A stretch of 64,000 bases of DNA, from contig OZ024748.1 of NCBI GenBank assembly GCA_964016885.1, positions 50,096,001 through 50,160,000 on the forward strand, given 5' to 3'. Positions within the stretch are counted from its first letter, which is position 1. Each line of letters opens with the position of its first letter. Under the pieces are notes generated by a model. It had not been told where the DNA came from. It worked only from the letters and a program-made list of their open reading frames with translations, and did not search any database. Below, in pieces: positions 1-15,855 of the stretch. The DNA is from Eledone cirrhosa. Taxonomy: Eukaryota. The translations under genes were made by a program, and so were the position numbers.

Positions 1-3
1 TAG

Positions 4-62
<59 letters not shown>

Positions 63-429
63 GTGTGTGTGTATTCATCGGTCCACTTGCAGTTACCAAC
101 CCTGGGCAAAATTGCTGGGAGTCAACGAAGCAAGCTATAGGCAATGTGCCAATGAAGGCAAGTATTAAGTACCTAGCTCCACGTTCCATACCCAGGCAGT
201 ACCTGGCAAATGAAAGGAGAACAGTTAAAGAAATATTCAACCTTCCTTTTCTCAACCACCAAATACTGTTCCTAGAGGGTGGGGGTAGGGGGTAGGGGGT
301 GTAGGAATAATATCGATCTTTGCAGACGCACGCTCGTCGCCATTCTTGTGACACACGAATGAATGGCCGCTTGTCGGTAGAATTGGGACTTTTGCATGGA
401 TGGTTCAACGAGTGGCTGTAGTTGGAAAA

Positions 430-1129
<700 letters not shown>

Positions 1130-1644
1130 GCGCACGAGCGCGCGCGCATGTGTGTGTGTGCACGTGCTTAGGTTTGCGGTGTAGAATTGCGTGCCTTAGT
1201 GTAGAAACAACAACACATTACTTACTTACACAGTGATCGCTATACGTGTGTTTTATTATGTTTGTGATATTATTTATAGGCCAATCAATTGAACGCTGTT
1301 CTGGTGGTTCATCGTCTTACAGAAGAATTCAGTTCCGGAAGGAGCGAGCTAAGAGAAGAGAAAAAAATGTCGAACTGGGAAAAATACGCCATGATAGATG
1401 GACAAATTAACTGCACACACAGGAAAACTTTATAATCCTCTCCATACCACTGCTTTCTCTTTCACTAGTATCCCATTGGAATATACATGCAGGCAATACA
1501 AGGTATATAGACAAAGAGGCGCATTCGAGAAGTTTCTAAATTGCAAAATCTTACATGAAAAGACAAAAATAAAAGACAATTTAAGTATGCGAAGCTCATA
1601 TCGTTATGTACGTATATATATATATATATATATGTACGTATATG

Positions 1645-1709
<65 letters not shown>

Positions 1710-2017
1710 GTATATATGTACTTATGTGTGTATGTATCTATGTATGTATGTTGGTATGTCTGTATGTATGTATATATGTTTGTATGTATGTTTGTATGTA
1801 TGTACGTACGTACGTATGTAGTGTGTATGTACGTATGTGTATGTATGCCTGCATGTATGTTTGTATGTATGTATGTATGTATGCATGTATGTCTGATTTC
1901 TGCACAGATGCATGCAGACATGCATATGACAATCTACCAAACCCCATTTATCTATATACATAGCGAAGTATATAAGAAGACACATATAAATATATACATA
2001 TACGTATATATATATGT

Positions 2018-2109
<92 letters not shown>

Positions 2110-2123
2110 TTATATATATATAT

Positions 2124-2158
<35 letters not shown>

Positions 2159-2182
2159 CATATATATGCATATATATATATA

Positions 2183-2350
<168 letters not shown>

Positions 2351-4052
2351 GGTATATATATACCTATATACCTCCATTCTGACATGAACTGTGTTTTCGT
2401 GTGTGTTTGTGTATTTAGTTGTCCAATTTCCGTTACTTCGGGGATGATGGACTTCAGCAAAATGACTTGCTTCTGACATTCTCTATACGGTTTATATACA
2501 CCCTATATACACTCTACACACACCCTACGCACACTTTACACACACCCTATGTATCATCTACACACGCCCTACATTCATTCTCTGCACACCTTACATACAT
2601 CCTGCATACAGTTAATGAATTCATTGGTGTGTGAATGTCCAAGAAAGAATACTTATTTGAATACTAAACTCACACGCACACAAATCCTGATTTCTCTCTC
2701 TCTCTCTCTCTCTCCCTCTCTCTCTCTCTCACTATCTCGCTCTCTCTTTCTCTCTCTCTCTCCCCCCTCTCTCTCTCTCTCTCTCTCTTTCTGTATATAT
2801 ATATATATATAATCATATATATATATATTTATTTTTGTGTAAATGTATGCGTTTATGTATATACCACCGTGTGTGTACATCTATGTATATATATGTCGAA
2901 GTTTGAAACCACCGTGCATATATGTAGTCCCAATCTTTGTTATAATAGATTTATGAGAGAGATCTTTGTTCAATTAATGGCGCTAGAGTTATCTAAGTAA
3001 TGTTTCCCAACGGAAGAATTGGCCTACCATAATTTAAACTAGCAATTCTCTATTCTATTTGACAACGTTGCATATTTATTTACTGATTGTCCGAAACATA
3101 TTGGCAGCATCATGGTCTCTTTTCTGAACATACCAGACTGGCGGGAAGTGAGAAATGGATCCACAAATTAGAGATTTGATCCCTATGCTTGCAACGTATT
3201 TGCCTCATTTAAAGGCCCGAAATCACTACCTGGAAGGGTTCAACTGGGCAAATAGAACACAGCGTGATTTTTGTCCAAGTGCACACACTATCTAGAGCAA
3301 ATATAACGAGACAGTTATCTGACGCCTTAAATATTTCCCCAATGCATCCCATGAGGCAAATTGTTTGATATACTTTGTCAACCCACGAAAGAAGAAGAGC
3401 AATTTTGTCATCGGCAGAATTTCAATACAGAAATTAGGGAACCACAAGTAATACCAACAAATCTGCATGTTGTGGAGTTCGGAGACATTTAAAACCCTCC
3501 GACGATATCTTACATAGGCGTTACGTCATTCAATGAAGTAACAATGGATATTTAACTATGAGTCAACATTTTAATGTTGTGAGCAAACATTTTAACTACT
3601 TTAGATTTCTACGGAGAGGGAGGGAAAAAAAAACATTTTAAAAATTATTAATTCTAATCAAGAATGGTAGGGGAGACAAGCCCCGAATTCAAAGTTTAAC
3701 CCCATGGTGATTAAGGAGACTCATTCTACCTCGGTTTTGAAATCAAAGTGATCCTACTCCTAGATTGATTGCCAATCAAGTCTAACCAGCTCGGTCTACC
3801 CGTTTTGTTTGCATGTGAGGAGTGGGAGTGGCAGCTGTTGGCTGTTGACTGTCATGAGTTTCTCCCCCCTTTTACAGATTTCGTTTTTCAGCCTTCCTCA
3901 GAAAGCAAGCGTGCTAGAGTTACCCGTTTAGTCGGTGACGGCCACTCCATTTGACAGGTTGTACTAGGTTTCATGTTTCTAGTAGCACTCAAGTGTGACC
4001 TGACATAATAAGCTCACATACAAACACACATATTCACTCACATACATATGTC

Positions 4053-4087
<35 letters not shown>

Positions 4088-4228
4088 ACTGGCTGTAAGT
4101 GGGTCTGCTAATATGCAGATCTGACTGATCAGTCAGTCTGCTAATATGCAAATCAGGCCGATCAGTCACTATATATTCCAGAAAATATATATTTTCACTA
4201 GCTCTGAAAGTTGACAGGTAAACCGGAT

Positions 4229-4275
4229 ACTGTACTGATGAAGGGTACTCATCCAGAAACATTAGTGCCTGCAGT
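4229..4275 (+). ncRNA. Degenerate type I hammerhead ribozyme candidate
   Basis: ACTGTA-CTGATGA-A-GGGT(actc)ATCC-A-GAAAC-atta-GTG-cc-TGCAGT; stems I and II pair, but the cleavage triplet is GTG plus 2 extra nt. Confidence 0.45.
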
Positions 4276-4395
4276 TTTGTTTATATGCCAACACAAGACT
4301 AAGAATTACGGGGTCATTCTACTCACATGGCTTAAAGAGACTGTTTGTAAAATTGCAAAAGAATCAAATATTATTATTTATTAATATTCTAAAAA

Positions 4396-4459
<64 letters not shown>

Positions 4460-4666
4460 TGTGTTTATATATATATATACAATATAAAGAAATACACAGA
4501 TACATGCGGACACATACATACACATGAATATATCCACATATATCCCTGAATTTGTGGTGCCAACCTCACCGATGTTCCTCTAAGAATAACTGGGACAAAA
4601 TAATCCGAATGGATTAGATTGATTCAGTATCAGAGCTATATCATACGTATTATATATATATATATT

Positions 4667-4848
4667 CGGTGGATTGGCAGTATCGGTAGAGGGTCGGACG
4701 CCATGCTTTCCAGCATAGTTACGTCCCTTTACGATCTGAGTTCAAATCCCGCCGAGGGTTGACTTTGCCTTTCATCCTTACGGGGTCGATAAACTAAAGT
4801 ACCAGTAATGCACTGGGTAATTGCTGGCCTTGTGCCTAAAGTAGAAAC

Positions 4849-4852
<4 letters not shown>
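4667..4852 (+). mobile_element. tRNA-like SINE family A (Nin-domain-like), near full length
   Basis: TGGCAG A-box-like head, GAGTTCAAATCC B box, central CTTTGCCTTTCATCCTTACGGGGTCGATAAA, AT-rich tail; many near-identical copies in the window. Confidence 0.9.
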
Positions 4853-4888
<36 letters not shown>

Positions 4889-4990
4889 GTTTCCGTAGGA
4901 AAGGTAAAGGAAAGGAGAGTGCTCTATGTAAGCTATAGAGCTATTTAGTTATGTAATAAACAGCATAAGACAATTATTCCATTAACCAAA
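4889..4990. mobile_element. Short (TA)n-embedded repeat, family G
   Basis: Homologous to 46141-46241. Confidence 0.7.
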
Positions 4991-4992
4991 GG

Positions 4993-5050
<58 letters not shown>

Positions 5051-5200
5051 AGTTTCAGAAGATCCCGTTAAGGGTGAAAGCAGCGATTCTTTGCTTAAAC
5101 TTTAATCTGTTATTTTAATAAATATTTGCTCTACGGTTCTTATATATTTGATATATATTTATCCTTATCGAGCCCTCTTTGGATTTTAGTCTTGAAATTT
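5051..5200 (+). mobile_element. Family C HHR-like element, 5'-truncated copy
   Basis: Near-identical to 36952-37026 and 44450-44600; begins at AGTTT-CAGAAGA. Confidence 0.85.
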
Positions 5201-5207
5201 ATTATTA

Positions 5208-5277
<70 letters not shown>

Positions 5278-5685
5278 TATATGTATGTATATATATATGT
5301 ATATATATATGTGTGTTTGCATGTATATATTTATGTATGTATGTATATTTCTTCAACAGATATCATATATATATGAATTTATAGTCATATTGACTTATAT
5401 TGTAAATGATTACAGTGTTGAACGAAGAAATATATTCGTAAGTAAAGAAATCTATTTGTATATGATTGTTATATACTTAACTTTCCCGCCTATTTACCTA
5501 ATCTTGTAATCGTTTATATCTAGCATTCTGTGTTTCTTTCACACCCACTGTACACCAATAGTAGCATTGTTATATACCAACGTACAGATATATACACACA
5601 CAAACACAAAAAGACGCACAGTCACAGTTATGTATAGTGCGTGCCTGTATGTATATATGCATATATACGTACACAGAAATATATA

Positions 5686-5739
<54 letters not shown>

Positions 5740-5754
5740 TATATACATACACAG

Positions 5755-5799
<45 letters not shown>

Positions 5800-5814
5800 T
5801 ATATACATTCACAG

Positions 5815-5910
<96 letters not shown>

Positions 5911-5924
5911 GTGTGTATGTATAT

Positions 5925-5992
<68 letters not shown>

Positions 5993-6012
5993 GTATGTAT
6001 ATATACATACAC

Positions 6013-6047
<35 letters not shown>

Positions 6048-6226
6048 TATATATATTTGCATATATACGTACACAGAAATATATATATATGCATATATAC
6101 ATACACAGAAATATATATATATGTATATATACATACACAGAAATATATATATATATATATTTGCATATATATATTTGCATATGAATATATAAATATATAT
6201 ATATACGTATGTGTATATATATATAC

Positions 6227-6261
<35 letters not shown>

Positions 6262-6587
6262 CATATATATACATATATCTGTGTGTGGGTGTGCGTGCGT
6301 GTGTGCCCGCGTGTGTGTGCTTACATATGCGTGAACATATATAAGTAAACTGATAGAATAATTTGTATGTTTCTATACATTATTGAGAGCAGTTATGCTA
6401 CAGTACATCTATATAATTGATATGTAAATATAATTATGTACATACACACACACACACACAGACACACAGACACACATATATATATGTATATATATATACA
6501 TAAATATACATATATGCATATATCTACATATATGCATGTATATGTGTGCATGTGTGTGGTGTATACACAATATACCTATTTATTTAC

Positions 6588-6627
<40 letters not shown>

Positions 6628-6635
6628 GTATAAAT

Positions 6636-6713
<78 letters not shown>

Positions 6714-6791
6714 ATATATATATATATGTATATATATATACATATATATAAATACACACACGCAACCATATATATATATATATCCATATAT

Positions 6792-6840
<49 letters not shown>

Positions 6841-6842
6841 CA

Positions 6843-6918
<76 letters not shown>

Positions 6919-6919
6919 C

Positions 6920-6980
<61 letters not shown>

Positions 6981-7023
6981 TACATACATATATATATATA
7001 TATACATACATATATATATATAT

Positions 7024-7074
<51 letters not shown>

Positions 7075-7083
7075 CATACATAT

Positions 7084-7154
<71 letters not shown>

Positions 7155-7507
7155 CATACGAACAACTGCGTTTATTTGCATGCTAAGGTATCTATATGTC
7201 TTCAATTGTTACACGTTTTATAGCCATTTCCATTTGTGCATTTGCTGGGTAGGATAAAGCATATAGTAATCTATCATTTTAACTTTGCAAACTAGACGTA
7301 AATTTCATTAGATAAATACCGACAGATTAATAAAAATCTCAGAACGCAGGCACGAAAATATTCTTGTGCCAGACAGAGGTCTGCAAACGGAAGCGATAGC
7401 ATTAATCTGGCTGATGAGAATAAATGATTTGATAGATAGATAGATAGATATGTAATTTGATTAGATAGATAGGAATAATCATACACACACACACACATAT
7501 ATATATA

Positions 7508-7684
<177 letters not shown>

Positions 7685-7744
7685 ATACATATACACACTT
7701 ACACAGACATGTATATATATATATGTATATATATAAATATATGT

Positions 7745-7868
<124 letters not shown>

Positions 7869-7893
7869 ATATATGTATATATGTATGTATATA

Positions 7894-7925
<32 letters not shown>

Positions 7926-8289
7926 CATACCTATATTCACACATACATATATGTATATATACATACATACCCATATGTGTGTATAGTGTATATATGTATG
8001 CGTGTTTGTAAGAAATAAGAAATCAATGAACATTCACCCACCGACACAAATTTATATATGGGATGCATTTATATATATTTGCATAGGTATATATACTGAG
8101 ATAGAGAGAGAGTGCGTGAGAGAGAGAGAGGGGGAGTGAGTGTGTGAGAGAGAGAGTGAGGGAGATAGATAGTGAGATAGAGAGAGAGAGTGGGAGAGAG
8201 AGAGTAGGATAGAGGGAGAAAAGAGAAGAGGACACGAAGGAGGGAATGAAAGATATATATAGATTCAACCTAATACACGATCTGATACA

Positions 8290-8354
<65 letters not shown>

Positions 8355-8771
8355 ACATATATATATAGGCATTTGCATACATTTACATTTAAATGCTTAT
8401 ATAGAAATAGAATTAGTAAAGAAAAGGAAAGTAAGCAAAGACGACGATTCACTGATTAGATAGTTATAGAGATAGATGTACACATAAATTGACTGAATTT
8501 ACTGAAAGACAGAAAAACAAAGAAGATTCACAAAACTAAAAAAATAATGAAGAGACAACAGACATTCCAACATGTTCAAGAAGACATTGGAAAGAACGAA
8601 AGACAAACTCGATTTTAAAAAGCAGTTGTCAGAATATAATGGTGTTTATTGGAATAAATTAAGGGAAATGACAACAAAGTTGCCTCTCTTTAAGTGTCAA
8701 CAAAATCTAAATATATCGGTTAAGAAATTCATAAATAAATATTATATAAATATATATAAAACAGTATGCAA

Positions 8772-8806
<35 letters not shown>

Positions 8807-10031
8807 ACTATGCAAAGATTCGTAGAAGTATCGTAGAAGTATTGTAGAAGTATTGATAATGGTTTCGGGGATGATATTTTGTTGTTATTGTTTCTGTCGC
8901 TAGTGGTTTTATTGTTTTTGTTGTTGTTACTTAATCCCAGGCCAGCACCCCCACCAACCCACTGTCGGAAGTACGATCAAAGAGTTTGAGACATAGCCAT
9001 CTCAAGCTCTTTTTTTCTCTTTAATAGTGCAGGTTATTTTCTTAACCAAGAATTTATTTCCATCCCGTTTCACTAGTTCCTCTATGAGGATAACTTTGAT
9101 GTCTGCAGAGGCCAATTTTTCCATAGAACATGCTGAGACACAGATGGCACATTAGTGTAGGCAAATGGCATTGTTGATTAAGTCAGATCTTCCGTTGTTA
9201 TCATTTTCTTCCCTCCTCACTTCTTATTTTGATTTCCAAAATGAACGCCTCTTTTAATGACGGCTTGACAGCAGAAGGAACGTGGTTGTACAATGTCTTC
9301 AATCGAATTTAGACCATTATTCCTTATCTTAAAAGTTGACTTGAGTTACTCTTTTTCGTAGCAGAGAGGGCGTCCCTGCGATCTCTTCTCTATAGTGAGT
9401 TTGCTGAAGAGTATTTGTTACGGGTGCTTTTTTTCTATTTTACAGCCTGGTAACATGTCGTGGCCATCAAAGATTGGGCTTCATGATGGTGGATACAATA
9501 CTCTAAATAAATCCTCTATCTATTGTTGTCGGTGAAATGGTCTTCTCATTTAATATTGAGAATGGAGCTAAGCTTTTGATGGTGAAAATGGGAACTCTTT
9601 AACGTCGTTATATATCGACGATAAAATGTTCGAATTTGCAAACATACAATAATATAGAGATGACGACGCCTTGGTAGCCTATACGTTCTACTTATCTAGA
9701 ACTTCATTAACCAAACTGATTTCCTTTTTAAACCGGTAGGTTTAATTTGTAGGAAATTTAATTGTTATTCTTTGCAGATTTAGTTTATATTTCTCTGACT
9801 CAAACAAAATATATATTTTGATGTGGTTATGTTGATGATGTTGAACATTGGCTATATTGATTCATCATTATCTGGGGCTTAATTTGTTGACAATCAGGTA
9901 TACAGAAATACATAGTCTACCTCTGCCAAAGTAGATCTGGCAAATGGTGGAAGATATTTGAGTGAGTTTTCCTGAGAGCTGAAAGGGTCTCCCACGAAGA
10001 GAGATAGAGATAGATAGATAGATAGATAGAT

Positions 10032-10118
<87 letters not shown>

Positions 10119-10125
10119 GAGAGAG

Positions 10126-10201
<76 letters not shown>

Positions 10202-10317
10202 ACTGTGATTTTTAGTCTGAATGGAAATTAGAACACCCTCAGACCTGCCTATCACAAATTACTATACGACAACAACAAAAAACAACAACAACAAAAAACA
10301 ACAACAATTACAACTTC

Positions 10318-10369
<52 letters not shown>

Positions 10370-11217
10370 TTGAAGATGGTGAATATAATGGACCCTAATT
10401 CGTCCAAAGAAGGCGTCATCATGGGGGATTTCAACACTCCTAATATAAATATATAAAGTGACCTATGCTTATAAGTAGATATCTTGTGCAGTATCTGATC
10501 GAATCTCCTGCTGGCTGTTAGTAAAAAGCAACACAATATTAAAAAAATAAAAAATACGAAAGAAACAACACCATAAAAAAATAGATTAATGGTATATATA
10601 TGTAAACACTGCGGAAAGTTTTATCTTGTATATATTATCGGGGTTTAGTTAATTATATCAACCCCATGAGTTAGATTGAATTTCAGAAGGATAAAACAAA
10701 ATCGACTGCGGTAGCATTTGAGACACCGAAAATAAAGGTATGTCTATTAAATACGGGCAGAGTATTTCCTTAGTATTTCTATAGAGTTTTATCATTATGT
10801 TGAGCCAGTTCTACTCCGCCATAACAGCCCTCACCGATCCAGATGATAATAATGAAGTTTACAATAAATATTACTTATAAAAGACGGAGGAAGGTGAGGT
10901 TTTATAGGTTATAAATTAGTATTGCGAATTAATACCTACTTATGGAATAAAAGAACAGAATTATATATTACTTATACGCTGAACACAAATAGAAAGAGCA
11001 AAAATAACAAAAGCAAACAAAGCAAAAAAAAAAAAAAAAAGCCCACAAGATAAACAGTAAATTTGTTCAAAGTAAATAGCACCATTTGTATTACCTATAT
11101 ATTTATGAATCACATAGCACTTTCTCTAGTTAGCCATATATCAATATGTAAGTATCTCGATATTTATCTAACTATATATATATATATATATATATTCACC
11201 TACATACATATATATAT

Positions 11218-11277
<60 letters not shown>

Positions 11278-11322
11278 TTATTTATTAGCCTGTACTGCAG
11301 TTTGTATAGAGGTATAGAGGTT

Positions 11323-11375
<53 letters not shown>

Positions 11376-11392
11376 ATATTTATCTATCTATC

Positions 11393-11443
<51 letters not shown>

Positions 11444-11577
11444 GTAACAAGTTGGCGTATGCGTTATTCATCTGTTTAAATGTCTAGTATTATATTTTAT
11501 CTGCCCCTCTTTCAATTGTCGGTTAATCAGTTTGTCCTCCTGTCTCTCCCACACATACACTCACACACACACACAAC

Positions 11578-11608
<31 letters not shown>

Positions 11609-11744
11609 GTGTGCGTGTGTGTATTTTTGTAGAGGGGTGGGTTGTTTTGGTGTAAATGTGCGTATGTAAGGGAGTGAGGGTATCTGTGCGCTTGTGTCTA
11701 AGTTTTTGCATATCTCTCTATATATAATTAACTATATGTATATA

Positions 11745-11795
<51 letters not shown>

Positions 11796-12039
11796 TCATA
11801 TCAGTGGATATCTAGGGGGGGGGGGTCTATGAAGCGTCTAACAAAGACAACATCACAACTTATATCGCTATCTCTCACTCTATTTGTACAAATTATATTT
11901 AGGATAAGGAAATAAACAAATATTACTTCTTCAAATGAAATTTTATGGTAGCTCTCTCCCCGGTTTCCAAACGATTTAACATATCTATACACATACAGAA
12001 ACAGACATACATTCCAGATCTCATCTATCCATCTATATA

Positions 12040-12070
<31 letters not shown>

Positions 12071-12072
<2 letters not shown>

Positions 12073-12170
12073 GTCTATCTATCTGTCTATTTCTCTGTCT
12101 GTCTGTCTGTCTATCTGTCTCTCTCTTTGTCTCTCTCTTTCTCTCTTCTCTCTCTCTTTCTTTATATACA

Positions 12171-12224
<54 letters not shown>

Positions 12225-12724
12225 TATCTATCTGTCTATTTCTCTGTCTGTCTGTCTGTCTATCTGTCTCTCTCTTTGTCTCTCTCTTTCTCTCTTCTCT
12301 CTCTCTTTCTTTATATACATTCATATATATATCTATATATATATATATATATATCTGTCTATCTATCTGTCTATTTCTCTGTCTGTCTGTCTGTCTATCT
12401 GTCTCTCTCTTTGTCTCTCTCTTTCTCTCTTCTCTCTCTCTTTCTTTATATACATTCATATATATATATATATATAAATATATATATATATGTCTATCTA
12501 TCTGTCTATTTCTCTGTCTGTCTGTCTGTCTATCTGTCTCTCTCTTTGTCTCTCTCTTTCTCTCTTCTCTCTCTCTTTCTTTATATACATTCATATATAT
12601 ATCTATATATATATATATATATATCTGTCTATCTATCTGTCTATTTCTCTGTCTGTCTGTCTGTCTATCTGTCTCTCTCTTTGTCTCTCTCTTTCTCTCT
12701 TCTCTCTCTCTTTCTTTATATACA

Positions 12725-12770
<46 letters not shown>

Positions 12771-12865
12771 TATCTATCTGTCTATTTCTCTGTCTGTCTG
12801 TCTGTCTATCTGTCTCTCTCTTTGTCTCTCTCTTTCTCTCTTCTCTCTCTCTTTCTTTATATACA

Positions 12866-12870
<5 letters not shown>
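12071..12870. repeat. Tandem minisatellite: 6 units of a ~105-bp CT/GT-rich block separated by variable (TA)n
   Basis: TGTCTATCTATCTGTCTATTTCTCTG...TTATATACATTCA restarts near 12071, 12221, 12355, 12491, 12625 and 12767. Confidence 0.93.
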
Positions 12871-12957
<87 letters not shown>

Positions 12958-13139
12958 CACATATATATATAAATACACACACACACACACATATATATAT
13001 ATTTATACATACATATATATATATATGTGTGTATGTGTGTGTGTGTGTGTCGGTATATATATGCGTTTATATCTCTAGAATCTTACGTGCACCGAGACAT
13101 ACATCCAGCCACCTTTTGTATATATATATATATATATAT

Positions 13140-13187
<48 letters not shown>

Positions 13188-13248
13188 GTGTGTATAAACA
13201 AAAATATAGTCTATATGTAAATAAATAATTATGAATATATATATATAA

Positions 13249-13295
<47 letters not shown>

Positions 13296-13301
13296 ATATA
13301 T

Positions 13302-13336
<35 letters not shown>

Positions 13337-13686
13337 GCGAAAAGAGAGTGAGGTGAAATTGAACAAGGAAAGTAAGAAACATCAGTGAAAAATAATGAGA
13401 AAGTAGATGGAAAGAGAGATGGCGAGGAAGAGAGGAAATAGTGAAGAAATGAGCAATAGATTCAATACAATGGACTTTGATCTATGGACAATAAATTAAC
13501 TGGCGTTTGTTTGTGTCACTGACTGTTCCACTCTCGACAGATTAGTTGTAAAAATGCCTTCACTCTGTTTATGGCTTTCAAATCAAAACGTGATATTTCA
13601 TCTCTTCTAGATTACTCTTGTTGTGGTGATAGTTGTCGTTCTTTGTACTTTTTGGATTTGTTGTGCGCGCTTGGTAGTATATATAT

Positions 13687-13734
<48 letters not shown>

Positions 13735-13754
13735 ACACACACATGTGTATATAT

Positions 13755-13785
<31 letters not shown>

Positions 13786-13866
13786 CTGTATGTGTGTTCA
13801 TATACATATATATATATATATATATTTATAAAAATATGTATAAATATATATATATTTATATATACG

Positions 13867-13902
<36 letters not shown>

Positions 13903-14071
13903 CGTGTGTTTGTGTGCGTGTGTGTGCGTGTGTGTGTGTGTGTGTGTGTAAATACATACATATAAATAAAAATATATAGATAGATAGATTAGTCACAGTC
14001 TGGTAAACCTTTCTGGATAGATAGATGTCTCTGTGAATTCTCGCTTCTTCAGCTTGTATATATATATATAA

Positions 14072-14106
<35 letters not shown>

Positions 14107-14320
14107 GAGAGAGAGCTAGAGAGAGAGAGAGAGGGGGGGGGGAGATAGAGAGAGAGAAAGAGAGAGAGAGAGAAGCACAGTATCTTTGATTTCACCGTTT
14201 GTAGGGATCTTCCAAAACATATTCTCTAAAATCTGTGGACGGAAATTGTGGAATATCTGAAGTTTCTGAAGCTCCATTGAAAGGGTGAAAGGAAAGATTC
14301 TGTGCTAAAACTTCTGTTCA

Positions 14321-14342
14321 AATTGATATATTTTTGGTCTAC

Positions 14343-14396
<54 letters not shown>

Positions 14397-14410
14397 ATAT
14401 ATATATATAT

Positions 14411-14466
<56 letters not shown>

Positions 14467-14488
14467 GTAGACCAAAAATATATCAATT
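14321..14488. repeat. Near-perfect 168-nt palindrome
   Basis: AATTGATATATTTTTGGTCTACCG-(CT)n-(AT)n-(AG)n-CGGTAGACCAAAAATATATCAATT. Confidence 0.92.
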
Positions 14489-14691
14489 GCCGATCCCCAC
14501 GTGGAGTCAGCAATAGTCAGCCCTTGTATTAACATTGAACTAAAACCTGTTGAGAAAGTGGCTTCCTTGTTCAATCATCTTACCAGAAGCCTGGCATTAT
14601 TTATGTAAGCGGACGGTACTTGATTTAGGAGCCGCAGAAACCCAAATACTGGATTTTACCAACCTTCCAGGGGTCCGGGTAAATTTTCAAT

Positions 14692-14872
14692 ACCCGAATT
14701 ACTTGATCGTTATTTTTGGCTATGCGAATGATTGTTTAACCATCGTCTCAGTGTGTTTGGCCTTTAACGTTTGTTATAGCTCTGGTTCATCTGAACCATT
14801 GAGCACATGCCTCACATCTCGGAGGTTGTTTTTCGTTATTTCGTGGGCCGAAATGCGAATCTCGATAATTTA
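14692..14872. mobile_element. Dispersed ~180-bp repeat, family E
   Basis: Homologous to 27968-28150; both copies end at (TA)n. Confidence 0.8.
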
Positions 14873-14876
14873 TGTT

Positions 14877-14923
<47 letters not shown>

Positions 14924-15023
14924 CGAAAGAAGATGGTGAAATGAATAGATCTGCTTTTTCAAGAAGGTTTTTCATTACTGCCCCGGCTCACTACTGTATC
15001 TCTTTATTTCTTCTTTAATTTCT

Positions 15024-15080
15024 CATTCTATATTCTGATGAAGGACTAACGTCCGAAATGTTACTATATTAAGAGTGAAA
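15024..15080 (+). ncRNA. Minimal hammerhead-like motif
   Basis: CTGATGA-A-GGAC(taac)GTCC-GAAA; stems I and III weak or ambiguous. Confidence 0.5.
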
Positions 15081-15445
15081 ATAATATATAACTTCATTGA
15101 CTTAATTGTCTGTCGTATTTTTACTTTTACCATTCACATACACACAAACACACAAACACAAACACACGCGCTCACACACATATACACAAACAAAGACACA
15201 CACACATATACACACACTCACATATATATATATATATATATATATGACGGCGATCAATTTGTTTTGCGAGGTTTTTGATATGAAATCGTGTGTCGAAACA
15301 AATATTATTATACTTGGGGACGGTCATATTGTTGTAATAATATTGCCAGAAATAATAACACTATAAAACTGCTCAAAATCTACGTTGAACACTCTTAAAG
15401 AAGGAAAAAGAAGTTGGCCTTGTTCCTATGTCAGAAAGCATTATA

Positions 15446-15626
15446 GATTGGCAGTATCGGTAGACGGTCAGACACCATGCTTTGACGCATAGAGTTACGG
15501 CCCTTTCTATTCTGAGTTCAAATCCCGCCGAGGCCAACTTTGCCTTTCATCCTTACGGGGTCGATACAATAAAGTACCAGTAATACACTGGGTAATTGCT
15601 GGCCTTGTGCCAAAAGTAAAACAATT
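15446..15626 (+). mobile_element. SINE family A
   Basis: Homologous to 4667-4852. Confidence 0.9.
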
Positions 15627-15855
15627 ATTTATTAATTACAGATATAATCGTTTAAAAACAAAGTGTTCGCCGCAGTTTACAAAAACGACTATTTCCTAGT
15701 AGATAGAACATGTTTTAACAAATACAATCATACCAATACATACAAATGTAGCAATCACAATATAAGCTGTACAAATTGATTTTCATAACATCTGCTTTAT
15801 TTACAAAACGAATAAGTAAATGAAGCTATAAATATAAGTTGAAACATAAAACAGA

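Noticed and set aside
1280-1435. Possible exon after a TTTATAG acceptor-like site
   Set aside because: No recognisable peptide in the frames I read and no convincing partner exons
9340-9720. YIDD/YRDD-like codons suggesting a decayed RT
   Set aside because: Multiple stops and frameshifts; flanking RT motifs could not be aligned convincingly
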